A DNA stretch of 64,000 bases, from assembly GCA_964580055.1 (NCBI GenBank), contig CAZOJI010000006.1:6409-70408 (forward strand), given 5' to 3'. The translations under genes were made by a program, and so were the position numbers. Shown one piece after another: positions 48,880 to 57,652 of the stretch. Source of the DNA: an uncultured Gemmatimonadaceae bacterium. Lineage in GTDB: Bacteria > Gemmatimonadota > Gemmatimonadetes > Gemmatimonadales > GWC2-71-9. Below the pieces are notes generated by a model that made no database searches, was not told the origin of the DNA, and saw nothing but the letters and a program-made list of their open reading frames with translations. Every line of letters begins with the position of its first letter. Position 1 is the stretch's first letter.

Positions 48880-49950
48880 TCATTCCTCCGGGGGATCCTC
48901 GTTGTCGACAAAATCTCGCACATTTTCCATTGCAAGCATGCGATCGTCGATATAGTAATCGGCCGCGGGTTTGCCGAGCATCAAGTTGTCGTACTTGACG
49001 CCCCAATTCGCCATCTGTTCTTTCGTGAAATCCTGCCAATCGATGCCGGTCTTGGAGCCGCGCGCGGTGCAGAGGACGATCTCGTGACCGGCATCGTGCA
49101 GTGCGTTGACCAGCGCTATCATCTCGCGACGCGGATGGGCGAGCCGGTAGTCGTTGTCCGGCGTGATCGAAGCAATGACACCGTCGATATCGAAACAGAA
49201 GGTGCGCTGTTCGGCTTCGAGGGCGCCCTCGGCAGCTGACTGACGGCGCGCCTGCTTCCACAATTCGACGTCCGCACGCTTCAGCTCCTGTTCATTGTCT
49301 ATGTCGAAGCTGGTCTCCTCGAGCAGTCCGTATATGCGGCTGCCGGTCATTGACCCGCGCTCCAGGATCACGCTCGTACGGACTGCGTCTACGTTGGCCG
49401 TTTGAAGGTATGTCCGCGGCAGTTCCTGACGGGGCGTATTCCAGGGCTCGGCGATGCCGGGTACCTCTTTCAGCGGACTCAACAGACCGTCGGGATCGCG
49501 AAACCACATCTTGAAGGGAGGGTGTACAACCGGCGCCACGGTTCGCACCGAGTCCAACGCCGGCCGCTCCCGCAAGAGCCGAACTGCCCGGTCTATTAGG
49601 CCCGGTTTTCTGACAGGGTGAGTGGGCCGCAGATGTACACAGATTTCGGGAAGTTGTCCCTCGTGGTCATTCAACCACCTCAGCGCGTGCTGAAAGACTT
49701 CGAGATCGGTTGAGTCGTCCGCTGCCAGCTCGATCGGTCGCAGGAAAGGCACTTCCGCGCCGGCTTCTCGCGAAATCCGAGCGTAGTGGGGGCTATCCGT
49801 ACTGACGATCACGCGGTCAACCGTCTTGGCGGCCAGAGCGTGCGCGATCGACCAAACCATCAACGGCTTGCCACCCACCTCACGTATGTTCTTGTCCCGT
49901 ATCGACTTCGACCCGCTTCGCGCCGGGACCAAAGCTATCACTGCTGACAT
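48880..49950 (-). CDS. acylneuraminate cytidylyltransferase-family (CMP-NulO synthetase) protein fused to a C-terminal HAD phosphatase domain
   Basis: N-terminus ALVPARSGSKSIRDKNI (CMP-sugar synthetase signature). C-terminal FCFDIDGVI (DxD HAD motif I), CTARG and GKPAADYYIDDR. Confidence 0.8.
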   Translation of the reverse strand: MSAVIALVPARSGSKSIRDKNIREVGGKPLMVWSIAHALAAKTVDRVIVSTDSPHYARISREAGAEVPFLRPIELAADDSTDLEVFQHALRWLNDHEGQLPEICVHLRPTHPVRKPGLIDRAVRLLRERPALDSVRTVAPVVHPPFKMWFRDPDGLLSPLKEVPGIAEPWNTPRQELPRTYLQTANVDAVRTSVILERGSMTGSRIYGLLEETSFDIDNEQELKRADVELWKQARRQSAAEGALEAEQRTFCFDIDGVIASITPDNDYRLAHPRREMIALVNALHDAGHEIVLCTARGSKTGIDWQDFTKEQMANWGVKYDNLMLGKPAADYYIDDRMLAMENVRDFVDNEDPPEE

Positions 49951-50373
49951 GTATAGAACCAATCTAATGCCGCCGGGTCCACGCGAGACGCACGAGTCTA
50001 GATCGACCAGGCGGAACTGCTCTGTTTCACGGTGAATTATGGTGCGGGAAACCGAAACCGTCCATGGGCGACCGCAGCACGACTATCAGATCACGTGGTA
50101 CCTTCAGGAGCGGCAACGACACCAGCAACGGTACGATCCGCCAGCAGCGGATTGAACGCTGCTGTTTCCGTGGCGTCGGGCTGCTCAGTTCGGCCGGCTT
50201 GCTGGCATCAGCTCGAATCCAAAATTGCCGAGCGACCAGGCCTTCGGCATCGAAGTCGGCGCTTCGAGAACGTGGGTCTTTCCTGATGCCGAGTTCTCGC
50301 TCCTCGAAATGAAGATCCAAGTCCGGCCCGCCGATACTCAGTTGAGTGATCTGTTGACTCAACGAGGGAACCG

Positions 50374-50964
50374 ATGCACCCATTGGCAGCAGCCGCCAAC
50401 CGCGACACTTGGAGCCGTAGAGCCAGCAACAACGCCGCGGCACTCGCGATGTGCACTATTGTCACTCTGCCGATGGCACCGGATATCGCGACGGCGCAGA
50501 CGGAGATCCGTCGGTACGAGGCCGGCGTCGCGCCGCTGCTACAAGACAGTGAACGCGGCGGGCCGGTCAGCGTGACCGTCTTGGCACTGCTCCAGGACGG
50601 CATTCCGTGGGTGGTGATCGAAGCACAGTCTGGTGCAAACGCGTCGGTTTCGTTGTCGGTGCCGGTCAGCGATGTCAGGGATTTCCTGGAGGCAGATCCA
50701 GGGGCGTTCCTCTCGAAAACCGTCAGTGTTCCCATGGATGAAGATCGCACCGAGGTGTTCGTTCCCGCCTTTGCTTGGGTGTGGGGTGACTATTTCGGGT
50801 TGGTGCGCAAGGACTGGTGGGATGTCACGAAGTATGCATTCATGTTTCGGGCAGGTGAGGGTGACACGATAGTAGCAGAATGTGATGTCGCCACTGCGTC
50901 GAGTCTGATCACGCTGTTGTCCAGTGCGGAGCAGAGAATCGTCACCTGGGAAACAGGCGGTTGA
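50374..50964 (+). CDS. hypothetical (possibly exported) protein
   Basis: 196-aa ORF with balanced composition and a signal-like AAALAMCTIVTLPMAPDIATAQ. No family recognised. The opposite-strand ORF 50208-50750 looks like a shadow. Confidence 0.45.
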   Translation: MHPLAAAANRDTWSRRASNNAAALAMCTIVTLPMAPDIATAQTEIRRYEAGVAPLLQDSERGGPVSVTVLALLQDGIPWVVIEAQSGANASVSLSVPVSDVRDFLEADPGAFLSKTVSVPMDEDRTEVFVPAFAWVWGDYFGLVRKDWWDVTKYAFMFRAGEGDTIVAECDVATASSLITLLSSAEQRIVTWETGG

Positions 50965-50982
50965 GCGCCAACGCACTGCAGA

Positions 50983-51207
50983 CTAGGCGTCGGTGTCTTT
51001 AGATATGCTGTGCACCTCGATGAGGTTCCCCTCAGGGTCTTTCAGGTACGCGAAATCGATACCTGTGGCGTCATCGAGTGGTCTTCCCGCGAGGTCGCAC
51101 TCTGGCGGTACTCTGGAACACGCGAAAACCGTTTCGTAGAAGGAAGCGAGATTCTTCCAATCCCTGGCAACGAGATTGGTGTCGACGTAGCGCGAGTCGA
51201 TTGTCAT
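50983..51207 (-). pseudogene. VOC-family gene with in-frame internal deletion (74 aa instead of about 125)
   Basis: N-terminus MTIDSRYVDTNLVARDWKNLASFYETVFACSRVPPE.DLAG and C-terminus FAYLKDPEGNLIEVH are the two ends of a small VOC protein. The central metal-binding half is missing. Confidence 0.5.
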
Positions 51208-51399
51208 AACACCCCGCTTGCATGGGCAACTTGGTCACGTTGAGCCGCCCGCACGCAACCCTAAGCATCCGGAGTCGACGATCTCCGTCGTTCCAAAAAC
51301 ATAGCGCCGGCTGCGTCCGGATGGCCGTCGGCTTGCTGCGGCATGGTCAATCCCGTGCACGGGGTACAGGAGATCGTGCAACATGGTTAGCTATTAATC

Positions 51400-51690
51400 A
51401 TGTCGAGAGCTTTCGTGAACGAAGATGCGGAGGGTCCGGAACCGACCTACTCTCTGCCGCCGAGCGACGACCCCGGTTACGAAGCTGCCACCGCCTGGGC
51501 GTTGATCGAAGGTTGGAACCGCGGCGACCCGCACAGCGCCGAGCGTGCTACCGGATACCGTTGGGGTGAGCCGCGGCTCAAGCGACACGTCGAGCAGATA
51601 CTGGCAAAGGCATTGAAAGAGGGAAACGATCGCTTGGAGTCGATAGCGAGACGATTTCTCCGCAAGGTGTCAGATTCCGATGACTACTGA
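51400..51690 (+). CDS. small hypothetical protein (MSRAFVNEDA... N-terminus)
   Basis: 96-aa ORF overlapping the next CDS by 11 nt (ATG 51680 / TGA 51688-51690). No family recognised. Confidence 0.5.
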   Translation: MSRAFVNEDAEGPEPTYSLPPSDDPGYEAATAWALIEGWNRGDPHSAERATGYRWGEPRLKRHVEQILAKALKEGNDRLESIARRFLRKVSDSDDY

Positions 51691-52234
51691 ACCGGCCAGG
51701 GAATCTCCCAACAGGCTTCCCATTGTCGGCGTCATGGGATCCGGCACAGATGCCCACAGAGACCGCGCCTCGGATCTCGGGCTCTGGCTGGGATCCCAAG
51801 GCGTTCATCTCCTCACGGGCGGGGGACCGGGCGTAATGGAGGCGGTGAGCAAGGCCTTCTGCTCGGTAAGAGCGCGTGCGGGGAAATCCATAGGTGTCCT
51901 TCCTGGCCAGGTCAACGACGGCATGTACCATCCGATACCGGGATATCCCAACCCGTGGGTAGAACTTCCGGTCAGAACCCATCTACCGCTCAGCAGTTTC
52001 CATGGCACTCAATTAGAATCCAGGAACCATATCAACATCTTGACGCCCGACGTGATTGTGGCGCTTCCGGGGAGCCATGGCACAGCGTCAGAAGTCCAAC
52101 TCGCTGTGCAGTACGGGAAACCGCTGGTGGCATACGTCTCAGCGAGCACGGAGATTCCCGGCCTTCCCGACGGCATATACGTGGAGTCGGACTTCGAGAA
52201 GGTGAAGAGTTTCGTGCGGTCGCATATTGGGTAG
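51680..52234 (+). CDS. TIGR00725 / LOG-like (SLOG superfamily) Rossmann-fold protein
   Basis: PIVGVMGSG..., LLTGGGPGVMEA (GGGxGxM) and ALPGSHGTASE (PGGxGTxxE-like) motifs. Confidence 0.8.
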   Translation: MTTEPARESPNRLPIVGVMGSGTDAHRDRASDLGLWLGSQGVHLLTGGGPGVMEAVSKAFCSVRARAGKSIGVLPGQVNDGMYHPIPGYPNPWVELPVRTHLPLSSFHGTQLESRNHINILTPDVIVALPGSHGTASEVQLAVQYGKPLVAYVSASTEIPGLPDGIYVESDFEKVKSFVRSHIG

Positions 52235-52247
52235 GCGTGCGCGTTCT

Positions 52248-53336
52248 TCAGATCGTACGCAGCAGTTCCGCCACCAGATCACCCGAGTAGATGGCGTTCG
52301 GCAGGATCTCACATTCGGCCCAGCAGCCTGGGCAGTTGACTACCCAACGGCGCTGGCGCAAACGCGCTTCCCCGGACCAGAGTTCCGGGAAGTTGGAATT
52401 GCGCAGGCTCCCAACCGTCTTGGAGTTGAACTGACACGTGGGGACCTGACCGTCGGGAAGCAAGCGGATATGGGAACTCAGAGCCACGCACTTGGGGTTC
52501 GGACGGCTGAGGTCCTCGAGGAGGCGGTTCCTGATGCCCTTTAGATAGTATCGTTTCGCACTGCGCTCGGGGACTCCCAAGATGCCGACGTCACGCTCTA
52601 TCTCGTCGAAAAGTGTCTCGAGTTGATCCCGGCTGAACAGTCCGAACGTCGTAAACGTGCCGACCCCCGAGCGCTCCACTTTGGGTTCGGATTGCGCGCT
52701 GTATGTTGCACTGGCATCGTAGGCGAGAACTACCTGGTTGTGCACGCCCAACGGCCGTAGGATCTCCCTCAACTCGACGTAGTGCTCACCCCCCTCTGCA
52801 TCGACCACCGTCTGATTGACCGCCAGATCGAGGTTCAATTCGTCGCGCCTCGGCGCCAGAGCCGCCAGCGTCTCCATGACGCGCCGCCACGCGAAACCGC
52901 GTCCTCTCACCGCATTGTGTTTCTCGCCGACTCCGTCGATGGACACCAGTACCCTGAGGGGTACCGTCTTGTCCCGTTGTTCGCAGAACCGGACAATCCT
53001 ATCTGTGAGAAAACCATTGGTTGTGACGTGCAGGAACAAGGGACGCAATTTGTCTTGAGCCAGGTGCGCGATCTCAAGCAGATCCTTTCGCACGAACGGC
53101 TCGCCTCCTGTCAGTCGAACTGCATCCATGTCGGGCAACTCTTCGAAGATGCGGCTGATCTCGGAGAGATCGAGATCGTCTCGTGACGTCTTCCGCCAGG
53201 AGTCGCACATAATGCATCGCGCGTTGCAGGTGAACGTGACGATGTAGGTGAGAAAGCGCGGTAGATGGGAGCCACCGTTCCGATTGTGCCACACGGCACT
53301 CATGAGCGACGGGAGACGTAGCAAAGTCGATAGCAT
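52248..53336 (-). CDS. radical SAM protein with C-terminal SPASM/twitch-like Cys cluster
   Basis: FTCNARCIMCDSW (CX3CX2C). C-terminal CVALSSHIRLLPDGQVPTC (CX12GX4C) and NCPGCWAEC (CX2CX3C). AAAGGA RBS before the ATG at 53336, 8 nt after the GT stop. Confidence 0.85.
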   Translation of the reverse strand: MLSTLLRLPSLMSAVWHNRNGGSHLPRFLTYIVTFTCNARCIMCDSWRKTSRDDLDLSEISRIFEELPDMDAVRLTGGEPFVRKDLLEIAHLAQDKLRPLFLHVTTNGFLTDRIVRFCEQRDKTVPLRVLVSIDGVGEKHNAVRGRGFAWRRVMETLAALAPRRDELNLDLAVNQTVVDAEGGEHYVELREILRPLGVHNQVVLAYDASATYSAQSEPKVERSGVGTFTTFGLFSRDQLETLFDEIERDVGILGVPERSAKRYYLKGIRNRLLEDLSRPNPKCVALSSHIRLLPDGQVPTCQFNSKTVGSLRNSNFPELWSGEARLRQRRWVVNCPGCWAECEILPNAIYSGDLVAELLRTI

Positions 53337-53344
53337 GGATCCTT

Positions 53345-54433
53345 TCAAGCCGCCAGTGCGCCCTCGGACGGAACCCTGTCCAGATAGCTATTCAGGATCG
53401 ACAAGACGACTGGATTGCCATACAGACGTTTCCGGTCGATACGCGAACGATACTCCTCGATCCGACTGAGAAACTCGATTACGTCCTCGGATTCGAGTAA
53501 CTCGGCGGCGGCAATCGCGCCCGCACCGGATTGCTCGAGCAGGTAACCATTCAGGTGTTGCTCGAAGTTGCCCGGTTCGGGAAGAGCCAGGACAGGCTTG
53601 CCCAGGAACAACGACTCACCAACCAACTGGTTTCCCGCGGTAGTCACCAGAGCCTCACCGGTGGCGAGATCTTCGACGAATCCATGGGGATCAACCTGCT
53701 TGAAACGCAGGGTGCCTCGGTCGGGCTGCCTGCCCAGACCGTAGATCCTCACTTGGCGGCCACAGCCGGATAAGGCGTTCAGTACCGCGTCGTCGGTGAG
53801 CCTCCGTATGTAGGCGGTGATATGCGGCCCATGCTCCGGTTCCGCGTTGACGATCTCGTCGCGTAGCAGCACCCCCACCTGCACCGCGTCCACGCCTCTC
53901 CTCAGGGGTGGGAACGCGAAACCGGAAACGATCGTCTCGACCTGCCCTGAGTAGTGCATATCCACGAATGGCGCCATCAGCGCCACACGCATTCTGAGTG
54001 CTGCCGGTAAGCCGCTGAAATCGCACACGGTGATGAAGTGCTGGTGGTCGAGGCTCACAAACGGAACGTCCGCACGTTTGGCTCCCCAGGCCACCAGTGG
54101 TTCGAAGTCAGTGATGACGAGATCGATCTCGTCCGCCTCGATTGACCGTGCCATATCCGCTACGTTGCCCAAGAAGTCCCACATGTAGGGAGCAATGCCC
54201 AGGAAAGTGGCCGCATAGTTGAGCTTGCGGTCCGCGTCATAGCGAAACCGAAGTCCGGGAATCCGCCGAAAATCTACGCTAGACTCACGATAGATGGGCT
54301 CGAGCATGTCATACGCCTGGCCGTGCGTGCGTACCAAGACCCGGTGTCGCTTGCGCAACGATTCGATAATCGTGTGGGCACGCATAGCGTGTCCACGGCC
54401 CTCACCCGCTAGTCCAAAGAGCACTTTGCTCAT
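53345..54433 (-). CDS. GT-B glycosyltransferase (GT1/GT28-like, MJ1255/TIGR00661-like)
   Basis: N-terminal GLAGEGRGHAMRA loop and C-terminal TTAGNQLVGESLFLGKPVLALP donor-binding pattern. Confidence 0.8.
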   Translation of the reverse strand: MSKVLFGLAGEGRGHAMRAHTIIESLRKRHRVLVRTHGQAYDMLEPIYRESSVDFRRIPGLRFRYDADRKLNYAATFLGIAPYMWDFLGNVADMARSIEADEIDLVITDFEPLVAWGAKRADVPFVSLDHQHFITVCDFSGLPAALRMRVALMAPFVDMHYSGQVETIVSGFAFPPLRRGVDAVQVGVLLRDEIVNAEPEHGPHITAYIRRLTDDAVLNALSGCGRQVRIYGLGRQPDRGTLRFKQVDPHGFVEDLATGEALVTTAGNQLVGESLFLGKPVLALPEPGNFEQHLNGYLLEQSGAGAIAAAELLESEDVIEFLSRIEEYRSRIDRKRLYGNPVVLSILNSYLDRVPSEGALAA

Positions 54434-54459
54434 GGATAGTACTCCTGGTGGATTCCAGC

Positions 54460-54485
54460 ATCTTCTGGGGTGCCGCCCAGAAGGT
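54460..54485 (-). promoter_or_regulatory. 10-bp hairpin in the 5-prime leader of the GT/radical-SAM pair
   Basis: CTTCTGGG-gtgccg-CCCAGAAG (perfect 8 bp, extendable by 2) lies 29-52 nt upstream of the GT ATG. Confidence 0.3.
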
Positions 54486-54623
54486 CATATTGCGCCCCTC
54501 TTGTCTTGGCACCGTTGCAGCAAGGTAACGCAGCGGTAACGGGGTTTCTGTCACTCAAGGCAATCACGCCCCGAGTCGATACTCGCACTTAGAGCCAATA
54601 CCATCTCCCAGTACGAGGAAACG

Positions 54624-55334
54624 ATGAGCGACCGGTACCTCGCTTTACCCTGCCACCCCCTCCTGAACACCCTTCTTCTCTTCTTGTTTGCGGCTTGCGA
54701 CGCACCTCTGGACCCGGAGGCAACCCTGCTCCGGGAGCGGCTTGAAGAAGCCGCCTTCTGCCTGGGCTTTGCCAAAACCGGAGGCGAGTCCGTGTGCGGC
54801 AGCCAGCGCCGATCTGCCACCGAAGAACTGCCATATTCGCTACTCGGCCCACAGGAACTCAGTATCGGGATCCATTCGACCGAGGCTTCGAGAACTGGTG
54901 AGTATGGCCCGGGCCTGGTGCGCGTAAGCGCCACTGTTCGCTTGAGCAACAAGCTGGTTGAACGCAAGCTGGTCGCTCCCACTCGACCAAGCATTGCGCG
55001 CGAGCCGGGGCGTGTGCTCCTGATACCGGTGAGCGTCACGGTAGACAGCACTCCCGGCAACGTGACTTCGGACCAGTCAGTGGTGACCGTGGAAATGCCG
55101 AACCACGGTACCGTGAAATTGGCTGACGGTTGGAGCGGCCCACTGGAGATATTCTCATCACAGCACGGCTGTGACTCTGAACGGCCGGATTGCTACCACT
55201 ATCGCTCGGTTCCGAGTGTCAGCCCCGGTGAAGAAATCTCGGTTCCGCTGACGTTTGACGTCGACCCGACGGTACACCGCTTCCGCGTCGCACTGGTCGT
55301 CCTGGCCGACACGTCAGCTGCCGAGGCGCGATAA
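54624..55334 (+). CDS. hypothetical lipoprotein
   Basis: GAGGAA RBS, lipobox LLLFLFAACDA, 236 aa. No family recognised. Confidence 0.6.
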   Translation: MSDRYLALPCHPLLNTLLLFLFAACDAPLDPEATLLRERLEEAAFCLGFAKTGGESVCGSQRRSATEELPYSLLGPQELSIGIHSTEASRTGEYGPGLVRVSATVRLSNKLVERKLVAPTRPSIAREPGRVLLIPVSVTVDSTPGNVTSDQSVVTVEMPNHGTVKLADGWSGPLEIFSSQHGCDSERPDCYHYRSVPSVSPGEEISVPLTFDVDPTVHRFRVALVVLADTSAAEAR

Positions 55335-55552
55335 ACGGTAGAGTGGGTTTTTGAGCGTACCGATTCCGTGGTCCCCGAACTGAGCATGCGGTTTCTTCGT
55401 TTTCGCCCCTGCGCACTCGAGAGTCTTGGACAGCGTGCCCTGAAACTCCCGGAGTAGTCTGACCTGGGAAGTCGAATGAGGAAGGTGGATGGTCTGGCAC
55501 TACGGCGCAGGGAACGGAACCGAGGTCCCGCTCCCTGCATGAGACACCATCA

Positions 55553-55888
55553 CTAATTCGCCACGGCAACCGGGGCAGCGGAACCGATCTTCGTGTTCCA
55601 GTCGTCACCGTCAAACCTGCGAACGTGCGGGCGCAACGCGTCGAAACGAAGCTCGTTGACTCGAGTCACGAAACGGTCCACACTACCGAAATCGGTGTTT
55701 TCCCCACCCAGGTTGAGAAGCTCGGACTCGCCGTCGTTGTTGTGCAGCAGCGTCAAGGTGAAGTTCACCTTGCCCTTTGCGGCACGCGCTCTGTGAAGAT
55801 CCAAATCGTCCGAAGTCGGCTGCTCGGGATCGTCCACACAGGCAACTGCGAAGAGCATCGTAGAGAAAACGAGGAACAGTCTTCTCAT
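55553..55888 (-). pseudogene. N-terminal fragment of a 5-prime-nucleotidase/metallophosphoesterase-like exported enzyme
   Basis: Signal peptide plus FTLTLLHNNDGESELLNLGGENTDFGSVDRFVTRVNEL, resembling the first 80 aa of large 5-nucleotidase-type phosphoesterases. The ORF stops after about 110 aa and no continuation frame follows. Confidence 0.45.
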
Positions 55889-56166
55889 GAGGGAATTCCT
55901 CCTGCCGATTGTTGGCATCCACGCAAGGAATGCCGTTGGTGGGTGGCTCCGGGGTCACAGTCCCGGGGCGGCTGCCTAATCATCAGCAGGAAGTTCCCTG
56001 ACAATGACAAAGCTATGTCTACGCAACGGTAACGGACGTGTGACGTTTCCCAACGGCAGTGGTATAGGTACAGCGTCACCCGTTATCCTACTTGTTCTCC
56101 TGCCGGTCAGTTGGCACATGGTCGTGGTGCTCCGGCGGAGCGAGCAACTCTCGCGAAAGGTGAATC

Positions 56167-57432
56167 GTGCGGTTTTCGAGACTAGTCAGGCTGCTGCTAC
56201 CCGTGCTGACCAACGCCGGGCTTTTCCTACCCGCCGGTGCGCAGAGCACGCCCCGGCGGGCGATTGTATACATCGGAGACGGCGCCGGCGTGAGCTACTG
56301 GACGGCTGCCGCTATTGCCGCCGACAACCTGGCGGTCGAACAGTTCAGAGTAGTGGGCCTGGTAAACACGGAGAGCTCCGACAGCAAGGTCACCGACAGC
56401 GCGGCGGCAGCCACGGCGTTCGCGTCCGGTGTCAGGACTTACAGAGGCGCGATAGGTGTGAATCCCGATACGGTGCCCGTGCCCAACGTGCTGGAACGCG
56501 CCAAGGATCGAGGCATGGCCACCGGACTCATCGCTACGTCTAGCATCACGCATGCGACTCCGGCGGCGTTCGCAGCGCATACGCCCAGCAGGCAGATGCA
56601 CTTCGAGATCGCGAAACAGATGGTCGAACTCGAAGTGGACGTCCTGCTCGGCGGGGGACGGGCGTACTTCGACGCAAGCCGCCGACCCGATGGCCGTGAC
56701 CTGATCACCGAACTCCGCAACCGCGGCGCATACGCCGGCAGCGAATCCGAGCTGCGAGCACTGAACCTCGCTCGGACTCAACGGTTGACCGGCCTCTTTG
56801 TGGAGGACCATTTGCCCACGGCACCTCGGCGTTCCCCATCCCTACCCGATATGACCGCAGCGGCACTTGACGTGCTGGACCGCGATCCTGACGGTTTCTT
56901 CCTCATGGTCGAGAGCTCACAACCCGACTGGCTCGGTCACGACAATGAGCCCCTCGATGCGCTGGTGGCGGAGATGCTGGATTTCGACGCATCGATAAGG
57001 AAGGGACTGGAGTACCAGGCACAGAACCCCGAGACCCTGATACTCGTTCTAGGGGACCATGAGACGGGCGGGTTGGCCATCGAGCTCTTGTCTGCGCGCC
57101 GACTCTTGAGAACGACTGCGTCCGAGCTGGACACACTGAACATGCGCCTTCGTGAGACCGCTCAGGTCTTCGACGGTGCGAACAGGCATTTGATCGACAG
57201 CACGATGCACTTCGCCAAACGCGCGTCTGCACTGTTGAGGGCAAGATCGCGCGAAGTCGGCAGCGCGGAAATTCTGGTGGGGAGGTATACCGGAGGAGGT
57301 CACACGGCGGAACACATCCCCTTGTTCGCATCCGGTCCTGGCGCGGACCGGTTCGGCGGTTTGATCGAAAACTGGCAAGTCGGACAGTTGTTGTTGAATT
57401 TCGTGGACTCTGGCTTTCACAGCGGCAGATGA
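56167..57432 (+). CDS. alkaline phosphatase (PhoA family), exported
   Basis: VYIGDGAGVSYW, active-site VTDSAAAATAFASG, DWLGHDN and LGDHETGG motifs. GTG start. Confidence 0.85.
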   Translation: MRFSRLVRLLLPVLTNAGLFLPAGAQSTPRRAIVYIGDGAGVSYWTAAAIAADNLAVEQFRVVGLVNTESSDSKVTDSAAAATAFASGVRTYRGAIGVNPDTVPVPNVLERAKDRGMATGLIATSSITHATPAAFAAHTPSRQMHFEIAKQMVELEVDVLLGGGRAYFDASRRPDGRDLITELRNRGAYAGSESELRALNLARTQRLTGLFVEDHLPTAPRRSPSLPDMTAAALDVLDRDPDGFFLMVESSQPDWLGHDNEPLDALVAEMLDFDASIRKGLEYQAQNPETLILVLGDHETGGLAIELLSARRLLRTTASELDTLNMRLRETAQVFDGANRHLIDSTMHFAKRASALLRARSREVGSAEILVGRYTGGGHTAEHIPLFASGPGADRFGGLIENWQVGQLLLNFVDSGFHSGR

Positions 57433-57652
57433 CGGATTTGCGGTTACGGCATCAGAGCAGTTCCGTTGCAGTAATGTTTCCTCGCTCTGGGTCACCCGAC
57501 ACAAAGACCGGTTCAATTCCTCGTTCACACGTATTGACTCGACCGGCTTCTTCGTTCCTCGCGAGGGCTTTTTGACATCGTACAACAAACGGGGTGATCG
57601 AACCTCTCCTGCGCACCGCAGGTCCCTCCGCGCCTCCAGCACGGGGAAGCTG

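Noticed and set aside
50027-50443. 138-aa minus-strand ORF upstream of the neuA-like gene
   Set aside because: No motif and Arg/Pro/Ser-rich composition. It overlaps the start of the better-looking plus-strand ORF 50374-50964 and is likely non-coding spacer.
57450-57530. tRNA-like T-arm sequence GGTTCAATTCC
   Set aside because: The flanking bases cannot form the T stem (CCTCG follows the loop instead of the complement of the 5-prime arm). No acceptor or anticodon arms could be built.
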